A stretch of 64,000 bases of DNA from Dehalococcoidia bacterium (GTDB taxonomy: Bacteria > Chloroflexota > Dehalococcoidia > UBA2979), in assembly GCA_965204835.1 (NCBI GenBank), contig OZ242017.1, forward strand, positions 365,384 through 429,383, in the 5' to 3' direction. This document shows, piece by piece, positions 57,999-64,000 of this stretch (the stretch's first letter is position 1; each line of letters opens with the position of its first letter). The notes under the pieces were generated by a model that searched no databases, had not been told where the DNA came from, and saw only the letters and a list, made by a program, of their open reading frames with translations. Position numbers and translations under genes: made by a program.

Positions 57999-59234
57999 CT
58001 AGCCGGAGATGCGGTCGACGGCCGTCTTGCCGCCCTGCATGACGAGGCAGATGCGCTCGCGCTGCTGCAGCAGCGTGATGTCGGCCAGCGGGTCGCCGTC
58101 GACGACGATGAGGTCGGCGAGCTTGCCGGGTTCGAGGGTGCCGACCTCGGCGTCCATGTGAACGCACTCGGCGGCCGTCTTCGTGGTCGCGACGATGGCT
58201 TCCATCGGCGTCATGCCGTGCTCGACCATGAGCTCGAGTTCCCACGCGTTGGTGCCGTGCGTACCCACCCCGCAGTCGGTCCCCATCGCGACCTTCACGC
58301 CCGCCTCGTGCGCCGCGCGGAAGCTGCGCGCGTTCGCCTCGATCACCTCGTGCGCCTTGCGCAGCGACTGCGGCAGTACCGACTCGGGCGACGCCTCGGC
58401 GTTGAGCACGACGCTGCGAGGGGCGTGCAGCGTGGGCACGAGGAACGAGCCCTGCTCTTGCATGATCGCGATCGCCTCGTCGTCCAGGTAGAAGCCGTGC
58501 TCGATGGACTCGACGCCGGCGCGCAGCGCGTTCTTGATGCCCTCGGTGGCCTGCGCGTGCGACATGCACGTCTTCCCGTGCATGCGCGCCTCGTAGACCA
58601 TGATCGCGATCTCGTCCTGCGTGAACTGCGGCGAGCCCGGCTCGTCCGAGGGGGAGAGCACGCCGCCCGTGGCGTGCAGCTTGATGAAGTCGGCGCCCGC
58701 TCGCAGCACCGTGCGCACCGTCTTGCGCACCTCGTCGGGGCCGTCGCAGATGTGCTCCGGCCACTCCGGCCCGCGGTCGCCGCTGAGCGTCCCGCCTGAC
58801 GGCATCGTGCCGTCGCCATGCCCGCCGGTCTGCGAGAGCGCGACGATGGCGAGCCGCATCCGCGGCGCGGGGATCAGCCCGCGCTCGGCCGCGAGCTTGA
58901 AGCCGACGGGCGTCCCGGCCGCGTCGCGCACCGTGGTGAAGCCCGCCTCGAGGGTCTCGCGGGCGTTCTCCGCCGCCTCGAACGCGTTGAGCGTCGGCGG
59001 GGTGAGCGCGCGCTGCTGCATCGTCTTGCGAGAGCCGTAGAGGTGGACGTGCGAGTCGATCATGCCGGGCATGACCGTCGCGCCGCCCGCGTCGATCACC
59101 TCGGCGTTATCGGGCAGTGTGTCGATGCGCCCCACGGCCGCGATGCGGCCTTCCTCGATGACCACGCTGGCGTTGGGGACGGGGTCGGCGCCCGTGCCGT
59201 CGATGAGCGTGGCGCCGGTGACGACGGTGGTCAT
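57999..59234 (-). CDS. metal-dependent amidohydrolase (prolidase-like)
   Basis: MPGMIDSHVH, GFTTVRDAAG, GADFIK, SHA, SIEHG, MGTD, GKLADL. Confidence 0.92.
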   Translation of the reverse strand: MTTVVTGATLIDGTGADPVPNASVVIEEGRIAAVGRIDTLPDNAEVIDAGGATVMPGMIDSHVHLYGSRKTMQQRALTPPTLNAFEAAENARETLEAGFTTVRDAAGTPVGFKLAAERGLIPAPRMRLAIVALSQTGGHGDGTMPSGGTLSGDRGPEWPEHICDGPDEVRKTVRTVLRAGADFIKLHATGGVLSPSDEPGSPQFTQDEIAIMVYEARMHGKTCMSHAQATEGIKNALRAGVESIEHGFYLDDEAIAIMQEQGSFLVPTLHAPRSVVLNAEASPESVLPQSLRKAHEVIEANARSFRAAHEAGVKVAMGTDCGVGTHGTNAWELELMVEHGMTPMEAIVATTKTAAECVHMDAEVGTLEPGKLADLIVVDGDPLADITLLQQRERICLVMQGGKTAVDRISG

Positions 59235-59359
59235 GGGTGGCCTCCTCGCGCGTTTCGCATGATAGCCGGGGCGGGGCGGCATGGGACGCGCGCGGGTGCC
59301 ACAATGCGCGCGAGCACGGGTGCGGCGCGCTGGTGGCGTCGCGCGAGTCCTGGAGCACG

Positions 59360-59731
59360 ATGATGGCGACGTACTTCCTGCTGATCACCCTCACGCCCGA
59401 GGGGCGCGCGGCCTCGTTCGAGGATCCGGCGCGGCTGCTGCGCATCGAGCGCGAGACCGAGGGGCCGGGCGTCGAGTGCCTCGGGCTCTACGGCGTGCTC
59501 GGCCACTACGACTTCATCAGCATGGTCGAGGCCGACGACAACGAGGCGGTCGCGCAGTTCTCGCTGGAGTACGGCGTGCGCGCCGGCGCGCACATCGAGA
59601 CGCTGCCCGCCGTCCCGATCAGCCGCTTCGAGCACCACGACCCGCGGGGCCTGGATACGGGAGACGCCGAGGTGGTGCTGAACCTCCCCGGCGTCTCCGG
59701 ACTGGACGATCCGGACGGCGCTCCCGCCTAG
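59360..59731 (+). CDS. GYD domain protein
   Basis: TYFLLITLT.EG, LGHYDF, ETLPA. Confidence 0.8.
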   Translation: MMATYFLLITLTPEGRAASFEDPARLLRIERETEGPGVECLGLYGVLGHYDFISMVEADDNEAVAQFSLEYGVRAGAHIETLPAVPISRFEHHDPRGLDTGDAEVVLNLPGVSGLDDPDGAPA

Positions 59732-59740
59732 GCTCGCTCC

Positions 59741-61171
59741 CTAGTTCGGGATCGCCATCGGCAGCGCCAGGTCGTCGCGCGACCAGGGGCTGCCCTGCAC
59801 GGACAGCATCTCGTCGAGCTCGTCCTGGAAGAAGAACTTCTCCTCGCCGAACGCGGGCTCGAGGTCGTCGAGCCAGCGGGCGGTCTCGCTGTACTTCGCG
59901 AAGAAGGGGCGGCCCACCCAGTCCGGGTTCCGGCCCTGCAGCATGCGCAGCACGATCACCTTCTCGCCGGCGACCTCGGAGACACCGAGGACCTGCACCT
60001 TGCCCGGCGTCGCCGACATGCTGGGCCCGCGCACCGTGCGCGAGTTGCCGCCGACCATCGAGTAGGCCTCGCGGAAGATGTTCCAGCACTCGATGAGCGG
60101 GAGCTCGAAGTAGTGCCGCGCGCCGGTGTCGCGCTCCACGAAGAGGTAGTAGGGGATGCAGCCGAGCTGCGTCTGCAGCCGCCACATCCGCGCGAGCGTC
60201 GCGGCGTCGTCGTTGATGTGCCGCAGCACCGGCGTCTGGGTGCGGATCTGCGCGCCCGTCGCGCGCACGTTGCGGATCGCCTCCTGGACGATCGAGGTCT
60301 CGAGCTCGACCGGGTGGCTGAAGTGCGCCATGAACGACAGCTGCCGCCCGGAGTCGACGACCTCCTTGAACAGCGCCAGCAGGTCCTCGGCGTCGTCGTC
60401 GGAGACGAAGCGCTGCGGCCAATAGGCGAGCGCCTTGGAGCCGATGCGGATGGTCGAGAGGTTGGGCGCGCCGCCCGGCTCGAGCAGCGGCTCGATGTAG
60501 CGGCGCAGCACGCGCGTGCGCATGATCAGCGGGTCGCCGCCGGTGAACAGCACGTCCGAGATGTCACCGTGTGCCTCGACGTAGTCGCGCAGCAGCGTGG
60601 CCTCGCGCATCGCGAACTTCTGGTCCTCGAGGCCGACGAACTGCGGCCAGCGGAAGCAGAACGTGCAGTAGGCGTGGCAGGTCTGGCCCTGGCTCGGGAA
60701 GAACAGCACCGTCTCGCGGTACTTGTGCTGCATCCCGTTCAGCGGCCGGCCGTCCAGCGCGGGCACGTTGTGGTCCATCTGGCCGGCGGGGTGCGGGTTG
60801 AGCGTCCAGCGGATCTCGTCCGCGGCCTGCTTGAGTTGCTCGTCCGAGACGCCCGCGTCCAGCAGCGACGCCATGCGCTGGTAGTTCTCGGGCGTGAGCA
60901 TGTCGCCCATGGGGAACGTGAGCCGGTACATCGGGTCGTCCGGCACGTTGTCCCAGTTGATGAGGTGGTCGATGACGTACTTGTTGGACTTGAACGGCAG
61001 CACGTTGCCGACGACGCGGATCTCCTCGCGCAGGTCGGCCGGGAGCGCGGCCAACTGCGGGACCTGCTCGAAGTTGTGGAGGTTGATCGCCTCGTAGGGC
61101 TCCTCCATGTAGTCGTCGAGGTCTCCGAACGACTCGATGTGATAGCTGGGGGTAACTCGCTCGATGGTCAT
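59741..61171 (-). CDS. KamA family radical SAM protein (lysine 2,3-aminomutase-like)
   Basis: QHKYRETVLFF, CHAYCTFCFR, LFTGGDP, IRIGSK, AHFSHP.E, PYYLF. Confidence 0.9.
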   Translation of the reverse strand: MTIERVTPSYHIESFGDLDDYMEEPYEAINLHNFEQVPQLAALPADLREEIRVVGNVLPFKSNKYVIDHLINWDNVPDDPMYRLTFPMGDMLTPENYQRMASLLDAGVSDEQLKQAADEIRWTLNPHPAGQMDHNVPALDGRPLNGMQHKYRETVLFFPSQGQTCHAYCTFCFRWPQFVGLEDQKFAMREATLLRDYVEAHGDISDVLFTGGDPLIMRTRVLRRYIEPLLEPGGAPNLSTIRIGSKALAYWPQRFVSDDDAEDLLALFKEVVDSGRQLSFMAHFSHPVELETSIVQEAIRNVRATGAQIRTQTPVLRHINDDAATLARMWRLQTQLGCIPYYLFVERDTGARHYFELPLIECWNIFREAYSMVGGNSRTVRGPSMSATPGKVQVLGVSEVAGEKVIVLRMLQGRNPDWVGRPFFAKYSETARWLDDLEPAFGEEKFFFQDELDEMLSVQGSPWSRDDLALPMAIPN

Positions 61172-61296
61172 TCGTCGTGGCTCCTTCAGCACCGGGTATG
61201 ACGGTCTGCCACAAGCATTCTAGCTGGAACACGGTCGCGATGCTGTGACGCCGCGCACAGGGGCGTACGGGCGGGCGCCGTGCTACCGTCCCGCAC

Positions 61297-62349
61297 ATGC
61301 CGGACTGGCCGTTCGACCCGCCTCGCAAGCCGATGGAAGCGCGCGTCCGCGAGCGCTTCCCGGAGCCGCCCGGCTGGGCCTACGAGCCGAAGTGGGACGG
61401 CTTCCGCGCCCTGGCCTGGAGCGCCGGCTCCGAGGGCGAACCGCGCCTCGACAGCCGCAACGAGCGCCCGCTGCTGCGCTACTTCCCCGAGCTCCGGGGC
61501 GCCCTCGACGCGCTCCCGGCGGGCACGGTCGTCGACGGCGAGATCGTCGTGGTGACCGGCGAGGTGACGGACTTCGACGCGCTCCAGCAGCGCATCCATC
61601 CGGCCGAGTCGCGCATCGAGCGGCTGTCGGGGGAGACGCCCGCGCAGCTCGTCGCATTCGACCTGCTGGCGATCGAGGGCGAGGACCTGCGCCCGCAGCC
61701 CTTCGAGGTGCGCCGCGCGCGCCTCACCGCGCTGCTCGCGGGCCTCGACGCCCCATGGTCGCTGACGCCGTCCACGCACGACCTCGCCACGGCTCGCGCG
61801 TGGCACGCCCGCTTCGAGGCGGCGGGGTGCGACGGCATCGTCGCGAAGCGGCTCGACGGGACGTACATCGAGGGCAAGCGGGAGATGCTGAAGATCAAGC
61901 ACCGCCACACCCTCGACGCCGTCGTCGGCGGCTACCGAGTACACAAGGAAGGCGACCGCATCGGCTCGCTGCTGCTCGGCCTCCATGACGAGGCCGGGCG
62001 GATGCACTTCGTCGGGCACATCTCGGGCTTCGCGGACGAAGAGCGCGTGGCGCTCCTCGCGCGCTTCGAGGCGATGCGAGTCGAGGAGAGCTTCGACGAG
62101 GACGCGCGGCGGCCGGGCATGGAGAGCCGCTGGTCGCAGGGCCGCGAGGCCGGGTTCGTGCCCGTGGAGCCCGATGTCGTGGTCGAGGTCAGCTACGACC
62201 AGATCACCGGCGGACGGCTGCGCCACGCCGCGCGCTTCGAGCGCTGGCGGCCGGACAAGGACCCCGCCGAGTGCACCATGGACGCCCTCGCGAGGCCCGA
62301 GGGCGCGGGATTCGGCGAGGTCATCGCGGAGGCGCACCCGGACGCGTGA
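61297..62349 (+). CDS. ATP-dependent DNA ligase (LigC type)
   Basis: YEPKWDGFR, DGEIV, AFDLL, DGIVAK, KIKH, RLRH.ARF.RWRPDK. Confidence 0.93.
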   Translation: MPDWPFDPPRKPMEARVRERFPEPPGWAYEPKWDGFRALAWSAGSEGEPRLDSRNERPLLRYFPELRGALDALPAGTVVDGEIVVVTGEVTDFDALQQRIHPAESRIERLSGETPAQLVAFDLLAIEGEDLRPQPFEVRRARLTALLAGLDAPWSLTPSTHDLATARAWHARFEAAGCDGIVAKRLDGTYIEGKREMLKIKHRHTLDAVVGGYRVHKEGDRIGSLLLGLHDEAGRMHFVGHISGFADEERVALLARFEAMRVEESFDEDARRPGMESRWSQGREAGFVPVEPDVVVEVSYDQITGGRLRHAARFERWRPDKDPAECTMDALARPEGAGFGEVIAEAHPDA

Positions 62350-62373
62350 GGGCCGTGTACCATCGCGGCCGAG

Positions 62374-63285
62374 ATGACCGACCGCGAGAGCCTCCCCCAC
62401 GACCTCCCCGACGACAGCGTCGAGTTCGAACCCGAGCCCGCGCCGGACCACCCGACGCAGCCCGATGCCGCGGCGGGCATGCCGGGCGCGGCCGAGCCCG
62501 TCACCGAGCAGCCCGGGGCCCAGTCGGAGTGGGCGCGTCCCGTCACGCCCCCACCTCCGCCCGAGCCGGAGCCTGCGGAGCAACCCATCGCTCCTCCCCC
62601 GTCCCCGGCCCAGCCCCGGCCCGCTCCGGTCTTCGCCGCGCCCCCACCTCCGCCCGAGCCGGAGCCCCCCTCGCAGCCCACCGTCGCAGCTCCACCCGAG
62701 CCCGAGCCGGAGCCCGCCGCCGAACCCAGCGCCCCGCCACCACCGACGCCCGAGCCCCGGCCGGCGCCCGTCTTCGCCTCGCCGCCGCCAGAGCCCGAGT
62801 CGGTCACGGCGGCGTCGGCGGAGATCGAGCGGCTGCGGCTCGAGATCGCGCACCGCGACCAGCTCCTGCTCTCCGCGCGTGAGCGCCGCGTCGGGCTCGA
62901 GCGCGAGATCGGGCGGCTCGAACGCCAGCTCGACACGGCCATCGAGGCACAGCGCGAGGCCGCCACGGAGCGCGCGGAGCTGCGGCGGCTGCTCGGCAAC
63001 GCCCAGCTCCAGGTGCAGTCGCTGATACAGCTCCCGCCCCCCGCGGACGAAGCGGACAACCTCGAGGATCCGGAGTCGGCCGAGCAGTCGGCCTCGGGCG
63101 CCTCGGCGCGCCCGCGCATCCGCCGCACGGCCGAGTCGATCGTGTACGCGCAGAGCGCCGACGCCACCGAGCCGGCCTCCGACGAGGCCTCGCGCGAGGC
63201 TCCGCAGCGTCGCGCACCCGCGCAGCGGCGCGGCCTGGTCGAAGACGCGCGGGACGTGCTCTCCAACCTGCGACGGCTGTTCTAG
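62374..63285 (+). CDS. proline-rich, coiled-coil hypothetical protein
   Basis: Pro/Glu-rich repeats followed by a coiled coil (ERAELRRLLGNAQ). Confidence 0.7.
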   Translation: MTDRESLPHDLPDDSVEFEPEPAPDHPTQPDAAAGMPGAAEPVTEQPGAQSEWARPVTPPPPPEPEPAEQPIAPPPSPAQPRPAPVFAAPPPPPEPEPPSQPTVAAPPEPEPEPAAEPSAPPPPTPEPRPAPVFASPPPEPESVTAASAEIERLRLEIAHRDQLLLSARERRVGLEREIGRLERQLDTAIEAQREAATERAELRRLLGNAQLQVQSLIQLPPPADEADNLEDPESAEQSASGASARPRIRRTAESIVYAQSADATEPASDEASREAPQRRAPAQRRGLVEDARDVLSNLRRLF

Positions 63286-63297
63286 GGAGCCGAGCCG

Positions 63298-63798
63298 ATG
63301 CTCGTGGTGATCGTGGGACTCATCGGCGGGCTCGCGGGGGCGGCGGCGATGTTCGCCGCGCGCACGCCCGAGATGCGCACCGAGCCCCCCGACACTTCGC
63401 TACTGCTGGCCCGCATCAGCGGCGGCGACGCGCGCGACTACCCGACCCTCGGCGGGCTCGTGCAGCTCGGCTACGGCGCGGTCCTCGGCGGCGTCTTCGC
63501 CTACGTCACCGCGCGCGTGCCGGGCTGGAGCGTGAGCGTCTCCGAGTGGACGACCGCGCTCCCGGACTGGACGCTGAGCGTGCCCGCGTGGGACGAGCGC
63601 CTGTGGGTCGCCGGCCTGCTCTACGGCCTGCTCCTCGCCATCCTCGGGCTCGGCTTCTGGGCCCCTGTGATCGGCCTGCAGGAGCGCCTCGACGCCATGG
63701 AGCCCGGCGCCCGCGCGCAACGGACGGCGATGCTCGTCGGCGCGCACGTGCTGTACGGCGTCATCCTCGGCGCGGTGTTGCAGGTGCTCACGGCGTAG
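63298..63798 (+). CDS. membrane protein
   Basis: Four hydrophobic helices; ends AHVLYGVILG. Confidence 0.75.
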   Translation: MLVVIVGLIGGLAGAAAMFAARTPEMRTEPPDTSLLLARISGGDARDYPTLGGLVQLGYGAVLGGVFAYVTARVPGWSVSVSEWTTALPDWTLSVPAWDERLWVAGLLYGLLLAILGLGFWAPVIGLQERLDAMEPGARAQRTAMLVGAHVLYGVILGAVLQVLTA

Positions 63799-63876
63799 CG
63801 CGCTACGATGACGGCGTGAGCCCGCGCGCGGCCGCACGAGCCGGGCAGCGCGGCCACGCACCGACGGGAGCACCTC

Positions 63877-64000
63877 GTGAGCGACGAGCAGCCCGCGCAC
63901 CGCAACCGCCTCGCCGACGAGACCAGCCCCTACCTGCTCCAGCACGCCTCCAACCCGGTCGATTGGTACCCGTGGGGCGAGGAGGCCTTCGAGCGCGCGC
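63877..64000 (+). CDS. thioredoxin-domain protein YyaL/SPATA20-like, 5' fragment
   Basis: [38 protein letters not shown]; runs off the window. Confidence 0.9.
   Translation, partial: MSDEQPAHRNRLADETSPYLLQHASNPVDWYPWGEEAFERA

Noticed and set aside
61297-62349. NHEJ or SOS operon around the ligase
   Set aside because: No Ku or primase-polymerase adjacent and no GAAC-N4-GTTC box seen upstream.

Overview
Very GC-rich bacterial chromosome segment, most consistent with Chloroflexota (Dehalococcoidia-like, possibly a marine or sponge-associated lineage; inferred from gene content, not verified). The backbone is housekeeping: 5' part of rpoB, split transketolase, proB/proA, T-box-controlled ileS, murJ, rpsT, rimO, scpB, fabF, folC, a heterodimeric ABC exporter, yqeK, a nitrate assimilation cluster (nirA, nitrate reductase, NarK-type transporter), a KamA-like radical SAM enzyme and a LigC-type ligase. 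It is interrupted by many small accessory cassettes: a eukaryote-type sterol 24-C-methyltransferase, toxin-antitoxin or TA-like pairs, a UDG-fold/Nmad-like gene pair and a methyltransferase + SPL-like radical SAM pair. The strongest candidate for an undescribed system is at 46186-50289 (minus strand). It is a seven-gene, fully translationally coupled phage DNA-packaging operon (membrane proteins, TerS-like, TerL, Cys4-HTH protein, portal). It has no integrase, replication, capsid or tail genes and sits behind a promoter overlapped by a perfect LexA box, which suggests a domesticated, SOS-inducible, GTA-like module. No rRNA, tRNA or CRISPR array was recognised. All product calls come from motif reading by eye; no searches were run.
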